Shown in pieces: positions 18,356-27,693 of a DNA stretch of 64,000 bases. The position numbers and the translations under genes are program-made. Source of the DNA: Devosia sp. 66-14. GTDB taxonomy: Bacteria; Pseudomonadota; Alphaproteobacteria; Rhizobiales; Devosiaceae. Where the stretch lies: contig NZ_MKVB01000006.1 in assembly GCF_001899085.1 (NCBI RefSeq), forward strand, positions 1,073,492-1,137,491, written 5' to 3'. Position 1 is the stretch's first letter, and every line of letters begins with the position of its first letter. The notes under the pieces were generated by a model that did no database searches, was not told the DNA's origin, and saw only the letters and a list, made by a program, of their open reading frames with translations.

Positions 18356-19261
18356 TCAATGCAGCCCCAGATACTTCTCGAAAAACGGCCGCAGCATCTC
18401 GCGGTTCACCAGCGGCAGCAGGGCCACGTGCTTGACCTCGGTGTCGTCGAAGGCGACTTTTACCTTTTCGGCATGTGGAACAAGCCTGGTCAGCACGTCG
18501 GCCGAAACTTCGTCTTCAGGACTTTGAGCGCCGTAGGCGAGGGTGACGCGGCGGCCGGCCAGCCCCGGGGCAGCGGCCTCCATCAACTGACGCTTGCTCC
18601 GCCCATTGCCCTTGGCCCAGCGCACGTCATCAAGGCTTCCGGCGCCCACAGCCAGGACCGTGTCGGCGCCGACGATCGGCGCAGCGAGCAGTGCCGGGAT
18701 GCCGCCACTGCTGGTGCCAAGGGTCACAATGCGCGCGTAGCCGCCCGGCAGGTGTTTGCTCAGCTTCGGCAACGCCTCCTCCAGCGTGTTGCCGAGGGGG
18801 GGAATGCCGAAACGGTAGTTCGCCTTCTTCCAGTCGGGAACCATGACGACATCGACCTGCCCCGGTGAGAAGTGCTGCAGGATGATCGGCAGCGGCATCA
18901 TGAGGCGCCCGCCGTTGCCGGGGAACGCCACGATCAGGACGCGGCCGGCAGGCTCGGTCGTGCCGGCAAATATCCGGACCCCCTCGGTAAGCATGAAGCG
19001 GGTATAGCGTTCGGGCGCAGGTTTGCCGGCGTTATACATCGCGCGCACGGTGTGCGAGACAATGGCGCGGGCGTTGTCGGTGAACTCCTCGATACGTTCG
19101 GCCGGCACCTTGCCGGGAAACCGCCAGTCCTCGTGGTGCATCGCGGTCGTCATGTCGATCACCTCGGTCGGCGTCATGACGTTGAGCGCGTCGATGATGG
19201 CGAGGTTGAGCATGTTGATCGAGGTCACACGTGCAATGTGCCCGAAGAACTCGTCGATCAC
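18356..19261 (-). CDS. Alpha/beta-hydrolase-fold protein with N-terminal helical extension (putative ACP-dependent acyltransferase/thioesterase), copy 1
   Basis: Nucleophile elbow 'LGTSSGG', candidate Asp 'PEDE', His 'VKHVAL'. GTGA overlap with the upstream ACP stop. Confidence 0.6.
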   Translation of the reverse strand: MIDEFFGHIARVTSINMLNLAIIDALNVMTPTEVIDMTTAMHHEDWRFPGKVPAERIEEFTDNARAIVSHTVRAMYNAGKPAPERYTRFMLTEGVRIFAGTTEPAGRVLIVAFPGNGGRLMMPLPIILQHFSPGQVDVVMVPDWKKANYRFGIPPLGNTLEEALPKLSKHLPGGYARIVTLGTSSGGIPALLAAPIVGADTVLAVGAGSLDDVRWAKGNGRSKRQLMEAAAPGLAGRRVTLAYGAQSPEDEVSADVLTRLVPHAEKVKVAFDDTEVKHVALLPLVNREMLRPFFEKYLGLH

Positions 19262-19524
19262 TGCTGGCGCTCCAGGATGGTCGCGACCACCGCGCCGAGC
19301 GAGCCAAGTTCCACCAGTTCGGCGGGCACGACCTCGATGCCGGTGTTCACCTCGACGGCAATGCAGAGCTCCATGACGCCCATGCTGTCCATTTCCAGCG
19401 CCGCGAAGGGAATGTCGGCGGTCCCGTCGAGGAACCCTTCCATCAGCCCGGAGCGGCGCAGCCCGACGATGGTGGAACCATCGATCGCATCCACCAGCAT
19501 CTGCCGCAGGTCGCCCTCACCCAT
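19258..19524 (-). CDS. Acyl/peptidyl carrier protein 1
   Basis: 88 aa, acidic, phosphopantetheine site 'LEMDSMGVMEL'. RBS AGGAG. Confidence 0.75.
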   Translation of the reverse strand: MGEGDLRQMLVDAIDGSTIVGLRRSGLMEGFLDGTADIPFAALEMDSMGVMELCIAVEVNTGIEVVPAELVELGSLGAVVATILERQQ

Positions 19525-19566
19525 CCATTCGCTCCTGTGCCTCGAGCAACCTCGCTTCTTCGGTAG

Positions 19567-20952
19567 TCACGTCGTCCGCCTTCCTTTCTCGAAAGCCAGC
19601 GCAATTTCCCGTCGCAGGATCTTGCCCTGGCTGTTGCGGGGCAGGCTAGGCAGAATGATCACGCGACGCGGCGCCCGCAGCGCCAGATGCTCGCGCGCAA
19701 AGCGCTGCAGATCTGTCGCGGTAACCGAGGCGGCTTCCACCAGTTCGACAGCCGCCACGGGTATCTGGCCGTGAACCACGGAGTTCAACGGCAGCGCGGC
19801 GGCGACTTTCACGGCTGGGTGGCGTTCCAGGACGCGCTCGATCTCGCCGGGAAAGATATTGATCCCATTGAGGATCATCATATCGTCCTGCCGCCCCTGC
19901 ACCACGAGGCTGCCATCAGCCCGCAGCATCCCCACGTCGCCCGGCCAGAACCAGCCATCGCGAAACCGGCTGGCGGTCTGCTCACCGCCATCGAGGTAGC
20001 CGGTGGCCACACCTGGGGCCCGCAGACGGATGCGGCCGGTTTCGCCTGCCGGCAGCGGGTTGCCGTCCGGATCGACGATCTCCAGTTGCACGCCAGGCAG
20101 CGGCCGCCCCACCGATTCCATCTCGTCATGCTCGCCCGGCCCGGCCATGGCGATCGCACCGCTCTCGGTCGACGCGTAGCGCACATAGAGTAATGGAGTG
20201 ACCCGCTCCTCGATAGCGCGCCGGACGTCAATGGGGACAGCCGAGCCCCCGGTGCGCAGCTTCACCCCGTCGAAGCGACCGATGCCGCCCTGGGCCGCGA
20301 GGTCGGACGCGTGCATGCGCGAGATGTCGAGGCAGGTGACACCGTGCCGCGCACAAAACTCGGCCACATCGAACTCACCCGAGGGCCGAAAAACGTTGGT
20401 TCCGCCCATGAGGGCGCAATAGAGCCGATGGCGCTTGGAGTTGTTGTGCTCGATCGAGGCGAGGCGGAGCAGCCGTTCCGAGGCATATTCCGGATGACGC
20501 TGCGCCTGTTCCGCCAGCTGTGTCGCGGTGAAGGCGATGACGTTCATGCCGCCCGTGGTGCCTGAGGTCTTGAGGTACACTATTCCCTCTGCCCCCGACG
20601 CTTCAGATGGAACGCCGTCCCGCGCGGCCACCCCGTCGACAGTGAGAACATGAGTTGCCCGGACCCGTTCGGACAGAGCTCGTTTCGCCTCGGCCGGGTC
20701 ATGGGTGGGGCGGGTCACATGGCGAGCGCCCACCGCAATCAGGGCCAGCGACGCGATCAGGTGTTCGACCTCATCAGCAAGCTCGAGCCCCACGACGCTA
20801 CCCGAACCGACACCCCGGCTCTGCAACCCGGCAACGCGGGCTTCCACCCGGCGCACGAGTTCGCCATAGCCGAATGCCAGCCCGTCCGTCACGACAGCGA
20901 CAGCGTCGCCATGGGCCGCCAGACGGGACAAGAAACTCGATTGATCCGGCAT
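19567..20952 (-). CDS. AMP-dependent synthetase/ligase (ANL superfamily)
   Basis: 'YLKTSGTTG', 'YASTESG', 'WFWPGDVG', 'GRQDDMMILNGINIFPGEIE', 'PRNSQGKILR'. Confidence 0.9.
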   Translation of the reverse strand: MPDQSSFLSRLAAHGDAVAVVTDGLAFGYGELVRRVEARVAGLQSRGVGSGSVVGLELADEVEHLIASLALIAVGARHVTRPTHDPAEAKRALSERVRATHVLTVDGVAARDGVPSEASGAEGIVYLKTSGTTGGMNVIAFTATQLAEQAQRHPEYASERLLRLASIEHNNSKRHRLYCALMGGTNVFRPSGEFDVAEFCARHGVTCLDISRMHASDLAAQGGIGRFDGVKLRTGGSAVPIDVRRAIEERVTPLLYVRYASTESGAIAMAGPGEHDEMESVGRPLPGVQLEIVDPDGNPLPAGETGRIRLRAPGVATGYLDGGEQTASRFRDGWFWPGDVGMLRADGSLVVQGRQDDMMILNGINIFPGEIERVLERHPAVKVAAALPLNSVVHGQIPVAAVELVEAASVTATDLQRFAREHLALRAPRRVIILPSLPRNSQGKILRREIALAFEKGRRTT

Positions 20953-21157
20953 CGTCCCTCCGCGCGTCGGTTGTCGATACTGTAATCATGGGGAAATCGA
21001 CTGTCACGGGCCGGCGAGCCCCCCCGCTTCATCAATCTTGCTCGCCAGATTGCTCGTGCTGCGGCAAGCAGCTACCTATTGGGGCGGGCCAAGCCAGGTG
21101 CACGGCGCCGGCGTGGACGGATTCAAGGTCTGCGAGATTCGAACTGGAGGTGACACG

Positions 21158-21430
21158 GTGACTGCGGCCGAAGCACGAGCGATGATCGTCGACGCCCGGC
21201 ATGAGACAGCCAGGTCGTTCAACAACCCGGCCGTGTCGGAGCGCCTGCAGGTGCCCGACGGCGATGTGCGGCTGGAGGAACTCGAGCTCGACAGTCTCGA
21301 CCTCGTCGAGTGGGGCGTCGAGATCGAAAAGCGCAGCGGTGTGGTGCTCGATACCGCCGATCTTGCCAGTGCCGGCAGATTATCCGACGTCGTGGCCACC
21401 TTGATGGCGAAGCAAACTGCCGACGCCTGA
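21158..21430 (+). CDS. Acyl/peptidyl carrier protein 2
   Basis: Phosphopantetheine site 'LELDSLDLVEW'. GTG 21158 follows GGAGGTGA. 90 aa, acidic. Confidence 0.75.
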   Translation: MTAAEARAMIVDARHETARSFNNPAVSERLQVPDGDVRLEELELDSLDLVEWGVEIEKRSGVVLDTADLASAGRLSDVVATLMAKQTADA

Positions 21431-22277
21431 GGATTACATTGCCGCCCTGCGCGCGGCCACCTCGGTGTCGGCGGCGAGAAAGACGACCTTCGAGCTCGAG
21501 GACCAGCTGACGCCGCGACAACTTGTGGCGCTGTTGCCGGCGCTGCACGACCTCACCGGTCACGCCGCGGCGTGGCGAGGATCGTACATCCTCAAGGAAC
21601 TGCAGCGGCAACCTGCCCAGACCTACGAGCGTCACGACCTGGCGCCGGATGTGGCGTTCTATCGCGGCGACGGGCAGCGCGAGCAGAAGACGCTGATCGT
21701 GACATTCTGCGGGCGGGCGCAGCGCCCCAACATGAGCTGGTCGCTGTACCTGCAATACCTGCCGTCAGAACTGTTTGACGTCGCCATTCTCTGCGATCGT
21801 TCCAACAACCACTATTATGACGGTATCGCCGGCTATGCCTCCAGCATGCTGTCGCTGCAGCGCCGCCTCGCCGAGGACCTGCAGTTTTCCTCGTACCGGC
21901 GCCTGATCTGCTATGGCACCAGCAGTGGCGGGCTGCCGGCCATCCGCGCGGGCTTGCTGGGCGGGGCGCACCGCTCGATCGCGTTGGGCGGGGTATTCGC
22001 CTGGCCGATCTATCGGCTGCAGCGCGGACAGAACTTCCAGACCTTCGATCCGATCTGCGGCTGTTATGCCGGGCATCCAGGACAGGTCCTGCTGATCCAC
22101 GGCTCCAACGAACGCGACCTGATCGGGGCGAGGCAAGCCGAAAAGGCCCTCGGGGCCAAACGGATCCGCGTGACCGCCACCTCTGACCACAACGTCAGTC
22201 ATCAACTTTATCTCGCGGGCAAGCTGCTGGACTTCCACGGCAGAATGTTCGAGTTCGGCAACGCCAGGTACTTCTAG
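21417..22277 (+). CDS. Alpha/beta-hydrolase-fold protein, copy 2 (paralog of 18356..19261); start uncertain (CTG 21417, ATT 21438 or GTG 21465)
   Basis: 'YGTSSGG', 'NERD', 'SDHNV'. The frame is open from 21405, and 'PEDYIAALRAATSVS...LTPRQL' aligns with the copy-1 N-terminus 'IDEFFGHIARVTSIN...MTPTEV'. Confidence 0.6.
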   Translation: MPTPEDYIAALRAATSVSAARKTTFELEDQLTPRQLVALLPALHDLTGHAAAWRGSYILKELQRQPAQTYERHDLAPDVAFYRGDGQREQKTLIVTFCGRAQRPNMSWSLYLQYLPSELFDVAILCDRSNNHYYDGIAGYASSMLSLQRRLAEDLQFSSYRRLICYGTSSGGLPAIRAGLLGGAHRSIALGGVFAWPIYRLQRGQNFQTFDPICGCYAGHPGQVLLIHGSNERDLIGARQAEKALGAKRIRVTATSDHNVSHQLYLAGKLLDFHGRMFEFGNARYF

Positions 22278-22417
22278 GGCCAAGCCGTCGGCGGCCGTGT
22301 TCAAAATTGAGCACGAAAGGCCGACCCCGTCGCCTCCACTTGCGCTATACTCGCGCCGCTGACCCGGACGCACCGGAGCTGGTTTCGGCGTGCCTGGTCA
22401 GCCAGGGAGGTCGTGAG

Positions 22418-22825
22418 ATGGTTCGGACTGCGATTGCAATTGCCGTTCTCATGCTGAGCGGCGGTATGGCGTTGGCGCAGGGTGGCGATGCCACGTTGGG
22501 TGCGACGGTGTTCAAGAAATGCATGGGCTGCCACGCCATCGGCGACGGCGCCACAAACCGCGTCGGGCCGGTGCTCAGCGGGGTGCTGGGGCGGACCGCA
22601 GGGACTTATGCCGGCTTCAACTACTCGCAGGCGATGAAGGATGCCGGGGCCGGCGGACTTGTCTGGACGCCTGAGACGCTGGGGCAGTTCCTGCCCAAGC
22701 CGGGCGCCTTCGTCAAAGGCACCAAGATGACCTTCATGGGGCTCGGCAAGCCCGAGGACGTGGCGAACGTCATCGCTTACCTCGCGACGTTCTCACCCGA
22801 TTTCAAGCCGGCCGCGCCGCAATAG
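22418..22825 (+). CDS. Class I soluble cytochrome c (c2/c550-like)
   Basis: Signal peptide, heme motif 'CMGCH', 'VGPVLSG', 'GTKMTFMGL'. RBS GGAGG. Confidence 0.95.
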   Translation: MVRTAIAIAVLMLSGGMALAQGGDATLGATVFKKCMGCHAIGDGATNRVGPVLSGVLGRTAGTYAGFNYSQAMKDAGAGGLVWTPETLGQFLPKPGAFVKGTKMTFMGLGKPEDVANVIAYLATFSPDFKPAAPQ

Positions 22826-22834
22826 CGGCCAGCT

Positions 22835-23221
22835 TCAGTGAACCACCGGCGCGGGCACCGCAGGGCTCGCGCCGAAGAACTCCATGCGCGTGAAGAAGGT
22901 GTAGTCCGCCTCGAACGCCATGATCACGACGAAGATCAGCACCAGCACCGGCGGCACCAGGATGGCGTAGCTGAGCGCCAGGCGTTCCCATGCCATGTGC
23001 ATGAACACCGCGATGATCAGCCCGGCCTTGCCCAGCATCAGCATGAGAATCAGGCCCCAGCGCAGGTAGCCCTGGAACTGCAGCAGGTCGACCGCATAGG
23101 AGCAGGCGCTGAGCACGAACAGCCAGAACCAGACGATCAGGTAGAGCCGGATCGGGTGCTGCTGTCCTTCGGCATGCGCAGCTGGTGCGAGGGTTTGCGG
23201 GCTCATGTGTGCTTCAGCCAT
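22835..23221 (-). CDS. Cytochrome c oxidase subunit IV family protein
   Basis: Three TM helices and 'KAGLIIAVFMHMAWE'. Last gene of the cox operon. Confidence 0.8.
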   Translation of the reverse strand: MAEAHMSPQTLAPAAHAEGQQHPIRLYLIVWFWLFVLSACSYAVDLLQFQGYLRWGLILMLMLGKAGLIIAVFMHMAWERLALSYAILVPPVLVLIFVVIMAFEADYTFFTRMEFFGASPAVPAPVVH

Positions 23222-23231
23222 GATTGCTTCC

Positions 23232-23945
23232 TCACCACAGGTAGAACAGCGCGAAGATGAAGACCCACACCAGGTCGACGAAGTGCCAGTAGAGGCCGGT
23301 GATCTCGACGATCTCCCAGCGCCCTTTGCGGGAGGTGAAAAAGCCCTTCTTGCCGGTGTCGAAATCGCCGCGCCAGACCTTGCGGGCCATCAGGAGGAGA
23401 AAGATCACCCCGATGGTGACGTGGGTGCCGTGGAAGCCGGTGATCATGAAGAACACCGAGCCGAACTGCGGCGCGCCCCAGGGGTTTTCCCACGGGCGGA
23501 CGCCCTCGGAGATGAGTTTGGTCCACTCGAAGGCCTGCATGCCGACGAAAGTGGCGCCCAGCACCGCCGTCAGCAGCATCAGCACAGTGGTCTTCACCCG
23601 GTCGCGGCGGTAGCCGAAGTTCACCGCCATCGCCATGGTGCCGCTCGATGAGATCAACACGAAGGTCATGATGGCAATGAGGATCAGCGGCATATGCACG
23701 CCGCCGATCTCGAGGGCGAACACCTCCGAGGGGTTCGGCCAGGCCTCGGACGTCGACATGCGCGCCGTCATGTAGGCGATGAGGAAGCAGCTGAAGATGA
23801 AAGTGTCCGAGAGCAGGAAGATCCAGATCATCGCCTTGCCCCAGGAGGCGGTCTTGAAGGCGGTCTTGTCGGACGACCAGTCGGAGACGAACCCGGTGAG
23901 GCCGGGCTGCGGGTCGGTGTGAGTCACGGCGGGGTCGGACATCAT
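23232..23945 (-). CDS. coxP: Heme-copper oxidase subunit III-like (CoxP)
   Basis: 'WIFLLSDTFIF', 'FFMITGFHGTHV', 'GLYWHFVDLVWVFIF'. Confidence 0.85.
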   Translation of the reverse strand: MMSDPAVTHTDPQPGLTGFVSDWSSDKTAFKTASWGKAMIWIFLLSDTFIFSCFLIAYMTARMSTSEAWPNPSEVFALEIGGVHMPLILIAIMTFVLISSSGTMAMAVNFGYRRDRVKTTVLMLLTAVLGATFVGMQAFEWTKLISEGVRPWENPWGAPQFGSVFFMITGFHGTHVTIGVIFLLLMARKVWRGDFDTGKKGFFTSRKGRWEIVEITGLYWHFVDLVWVFIFALFYLW

Positions 23946-23955
23946 GGGCTCCCCT

Positions 23956-24660
23956 TCAGCTCAGCAGCTGCTGACAGAATGCGACGAAATCGCTGGCCCA
24001 ACCGGCCAGCAGGCTGAACAGCACCATCCAGACGAACAGCATGAACAGCCAGTAGGTGGCACAGAGTTCGACATTGAGCCGGACGCTCTCCACGCCACCC
24101 CTGCCCCAGGCCTTGACGCTCGCCCAGCCCAGCGCCGCGAGGCCACCGAGAATGTGCAGGCCATGCAGGCCCGTCACCAGGTAGAAGAAGCTGTTGGAGG
24201 GATTGCCGTCGACGACGTAGCCCGATGCCGCGAGCTCGCCCCAGGCGAGCAACTGGCCGGCGAGGAAGGTGACGGCGAAGACGGCCGCCGCGGCGAGGCC
24301 GAGACGGAGCTGGGTCCGGCTGCCCCGGCGCACCGCCCGCTGGGCCCATTCGAGCGCGATGCTCGAGAGCAGCAGCATCGCGGTGTTGAACCAAAGGATG
24401 GGCGGCACCGGCAGCGGCTGCCAATCGCCGAGCTCGCGGCGCATGAAATAAGCGCCGGTCAGCAGGGCGAAGAGCGAGCCGACCACGGCCAGCAAAAAGC
24501 CGAGACCCACCCGCTTGGCAGGATCGCGCGACGCGCCGAAATCGGGGACACCCTCGATCACCCCCTGCTCCAGCCACGGTTTGACGGTTAGCCGCTGGCG
24601 CGCCAGCCACCAGCCGGCGAGGGCCGCGATGATGGCAAAGAACATCACCACGACACTCAT
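23956..24660 (-). CDS. coxO: Cytochrome c oxidase subunit III-like (CoxO)
   Basis: 'FNTAMLLLSS', 'FYLVTGLHGLHI', 'ATYWLFM'. Confidence 0.85.
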   Translation of the reverse strand: MSVVVMFFAIIAALAGWWLARQRLTVKPWLEQGVIEGVPDFGASRDPAKRVGLGFLLAVVGSLFALLTGAYFMRRELGDWQPLPVPPILWFNTAMLLLSSIALEWAQRAVRRGSRTQLRLGLAAAAVFAVTFLAGQLLAWGELAASGYVVDGNPSNSFFYLVTGLHGLHILGGLAALGWASVKAWGRGGVESVRLNVELCATYWLFMLFVWMVLFSLLAGWASDFVAFCQQLLS

Positions 24661-26444
24661 GACGTGGCGCCTCCCGGCATCGCGGGAGCCTCGTGCGGCG
24701 GGTTCGGGCCGGGCTGGTTCTGCGGGATGAAATCCTCTGCCGCCCCGGGCACGCTGTAGTCATAGGCCCAGCGATAGACCACCGGCAGGTCGCGGCCGAA
24801 ATTGCCATGCGCGGGCGGTGTTTCGGGCGTCTGCCACTCGAGCGTGGTGGCCCGCCACGGGTTGCCGCCGGCCGGCTTGCCGTGGCGGATCGACCAGATG
24901 AGGTTGAAAACGAAGACCAGTTGGGCGGCGCCGACGATCAGCGCCATCACCGTGATGAAAATGTTGAGATCATGCGCCGAAGGCGGCTGGAACGAGATGT
25001 CGCCGGATTCGAAATAGCGCCGCGGCACCCCCATGATGCCGAGATAGTGCATGGGAAAGAAGATCAGGTAGGCGCCGAGGAAGGTGACCCAGAAATGCAG
25101 CTGGGCCAGCCTGTTGTCGAGCATGCGCCCGGTGATCTTGGGGTACCAGTGATAGATGGCGCCGAAGATCACGAGGATCGGCGCCACCCCCATCACCATG
25201 TGGAAATGCGCCACCACGAACATGGTGTCGGACAACGGCACGTCGACCACCACATTGCCGAGGAACAGCCCGGTGAGCCCGCCATTGACGAAGGTGACGA
25301 TGAAGGCGAGCGCGAACAGCATCGGCGGGTTCAAGTGGATGTCGCCGCGCCACAGCGTGAGCACCCAGTTATAGACCTTGATCGCCGTCGGCACCGCGAT
25401 GATCAGCGTGGTGATAGCGAAGAAGAACCCGAAATAAGGGTTCATGCCGCTCACATACATGTGGTGGGCCCAGACCACGAAGCTCAGCGCGCCGATGATG
25501 ACGATGGCCCAGACCATCATGCGGTAGCCGAAGATGTTTTTTCTGGCGTGCGTGCTGATCAGGTCGGAGACGATGCCGAAGGCCGGCAGCGCCACGATGT
25601 AGACCTCGGGGTGACCGAAGAACCAGAACAGGTGCTGAAACAGGATCGGGCTGCCGCCCTCATGCGGCAGCAGATTGCCCATCTCGACCACCGCCGGCAT
25701 GAAGAAGCTGGTGCCCAGCAGCTTGTCGAACAGCATCATGACGCAGGCAACGAACAGCGCCGGGAAGGCCAGCATGGCCATGACGGTGGCGATGAAGATG
25801 CCCCAGACGGTAAGCGGCATCCGCATCAGCGTCATGCCGCGGGTCCGCCCCTGCAGCACGGTGACGACATAGTTGAGCCCGCCCATGGTGAAGCCGATGA
25901 CGAACAGGATCAGCGACACCAGCATCAGGACGATGCCGCCCTCCTGCCCCGGGGTGTTGGAGAGGATGGCCTGGGGCGGGTAGAGGGTCCAGCCGGCGCC
26001 GGTGGGGCCGCCGGGCACGAACCAGCTGGCCACCAGCACCAGCACGGCAAGCAGGTAGGTCCAGTAGCTGAGCATGTTGACGTAGGGGAACACCATGTCC
26101 CTCGCCCCCAGCATCAGCGGGATCAGGTAGTTGCCGAAGCCGCCTAGGAACAGCGCGGTGATCAGGTAGATCACCATGATCATGCCGTGCATGGTGATGA
26201 ACTGGTAATAGGCCGCGGCATCGATGAAGGTGAGGAAGCCGGGGAATGCCAGCTGCATGCGCATCAGCCAGCTGAGCACCAGCGCCAGCAGGCCGATGGC
26301 CAGTGCCGTACTGGCGTACTGGATGGCGATGACCTTGGCGTCCTGCGAGAAGACGTAGCGGGTCCACCAGCTGCGCGGATGGTACAGTTCGGCATCCGCA
26401 AACTCGGCGGCGTGGGCATCTGGCCCGTGGGTGGCGTCGACCAT
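24657..26444 (-). CDS. coxN: Cytochrome c oxidase subunit I (CoxN type)
   Basis: 'TMHGMIM', 'WFFGHPEVY', 'WAHHMY', 'AHFH'. RBS GAGGAGG precedes ATG 26444. Confidence 0.95.
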   Translation of the reverse strand: MVDATHGPDAHAAEFADAELYHPRSWWTRYVFSQDAKVIAIQYASTALAIGLLALVLSWLMRMQLAFPGFLTFIDAAAYYQFITMHGMIMVIYLITALFLGGFGNYLIPLMLGARDMVFPYVNMLSYWTYLLAVLVLVASWFVPGGPTGAGWTLYPPQAILSNTPGQEGGIVLMLVSLILFVIGFTMGGLNYVVTVLQGRTRGMTLMRMPLTVWGIFIATVMAMLAFPALFVACVMMLFDKLLGTSFFMPAVVEMGNLLPHEGGSPILFQHLFWFFGHPEVYIVALPAFGIVSDLISTHARKNIFGYRMMVWAIVIIGALSFVVWAHHMYVSGMNPYFGFFFAITTLIIAVPTAIKVYNWVLTLWRGDIHLNPPMLFALAFIVTFVNGGLTGLFLGNVVVDVPLSDTMFVVAHFHMVMGVAPILVIFGAIYHWYPKITGRMLDNRLAQLHFWVTFLGAYLIFFPMHYLGIMGVPRRYFESGDISFQPPSAHDLNIFITVMALIVGAAQLVFVFNLIWSIRHGKPAGGNPWRATTLEWQTPETPPAHGNFGRDLPVVYRWAYDYSVPGAAEDFIPQNQPGPNPPHEAPAMPGGATS

Positions 26445-26501
26445 CAGAGTGCCTCCTCGCACTTAGCCTGATGCGAAATCGCGCCCGGAAGTCCGGCGGC
26501 C

Positions 26502-27323
26502 TCAATCGAGATTGGCCGTCTTGAGTACCTCCGGGGCGTAGAGTTGGGCGTAGGTCTGCTGGCCGGCGAGCCAGGCGTCGTAATCGGCTTGGGTGTCGAT
26601 CACGACACCGCCGCGCATATAGGGGTGTCCGGTGCCGCAGAGCTCGGCGCAGAGCACTTCGAACTGACCGGTTCGGGTGGGCGTGAACCAGAAATAAGTG
26701 ACCGCGCCGGGGATCATGTCCATCTTGGAGCGGAACTCGGCGACATAGAAATCGTGCAGCGTATCGACCGAGCGCAGCAGCATCTTCACCGGCTTGCCGA
26801 CGGGCAGATGCAGATAATCGGCCTCGATCAGCACGTCGTCGTGGCCGTTGGGATCGTCGGGCTTGATGCCGTAGGGATTGTCGGGGGCGACGAGGCGGGT
26901 GTCGGTGAGGCCAAGCTTGCCGTCAGCGCCAGGGAGCCGATAGGCCCATTGCCATTGCGCGCCCATGACTTCGGCTTCGGTGGCCTCGGCGGGCACGTTG
27001 ATGAACTGGCCCCACACGAACAGCCCGGGGATCAGCATGGCGGCGACGCCGACGGCGGTCAGCCCCATCAGCCAGCTCTCGAGCCGCCGGTTCTCGGGTT
27101 CGTAGTCGGCCTTCTGCCCCTCCTTGTGCCGGAAGCGCCAGACGCAATAGGCGACGAACAGCACCACGGCGGCGAACACGGCGCCGGTGATCCAGAAAGT
27201 GATGATGATGGTGTTGTCGATATAGCCCCAGTTGGAGGCGATCGGCGTCCACCACCAGGGGCTCAGGAAGTGGAACACCACCGAGCCGACGACGATCAGG
27301 ACGAGAACGACTGCTACGACCAT
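26502..27323 (-). CDS. coxM: Cytochrome c oxidase subunit II (CoxM type, CuA)
   Basis: 'QWQWAY', 'DTLHDF', CuA ligands 'CAELCGTGHPYM'. Confidence 0.93.
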   Translation of the reverse strand: MVVAVVLVLIVVGSVVFHFLSPWWWTPIASNWGYIDNTIIITFWITGAVFAAVVLFVAYCVWRFRHKEGQKADYEPENRRLESWLMGLTAVGVAAMLIPGLFVWGQFINVPAEATEAEVMGAQWQWAYRLPGADGKLGLTDTRLVAPDNPYGIKPDDPNGHDDVLIEADYLHLPVGKPVKMLLRSVDTLHDFYVAEFRSKMDMIPGAVTYFWFTPTRTGQFEVLCAELCGTGHPYMRGGVVIDTQADYDAWLAGQQTYAQLYAPEVLKTANLD

Positions 27324-27693
27324 CCCACTCCTCCTCCAGAGGGCAGACGATGAGGCAGTCGGCGCCTAAAGCGGCGCAAAACAGACGTCGGGCGCAGCAG
27401 GGGTTCTGCTCGTCTTCAGCCATGCGTGGCGCATCGCTACAGAGCAAACATGGCCCGGATGGTCACAGGCCAGCTAGAATCGGAGCCATATTTGCTTTAG
27501 GCACCGGCACTTAGAACTTGATGATCACATCGACACACAAGCTTGTCAATTGCGACCAATGCTCGCACAACGCCTCGGCATCTGACCGACAACGTTCGCG
27601 CGAGCAACGCTTGTTTGAGTCGCTGCCGAACAGTAAGCTGCAGCAGGACTTGCAGCCGGCCGGCTTACGTCCGATCGGCGGGTCCATCGAGAG

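Noticed and set aside
18356-22277. Type II PKS/FAS or NRPS cluster
   Set aside because: No ketosynthase, condensation or reductase genes are present. There are only a ligase, carriers and hydrolase-fold proteins.
27518-27531. FNR/FixK box upstream of coxM (TTGAT-gatc-ACATC)
   Set aside because: The right half-site does not match ATCAA, so support is too weak.
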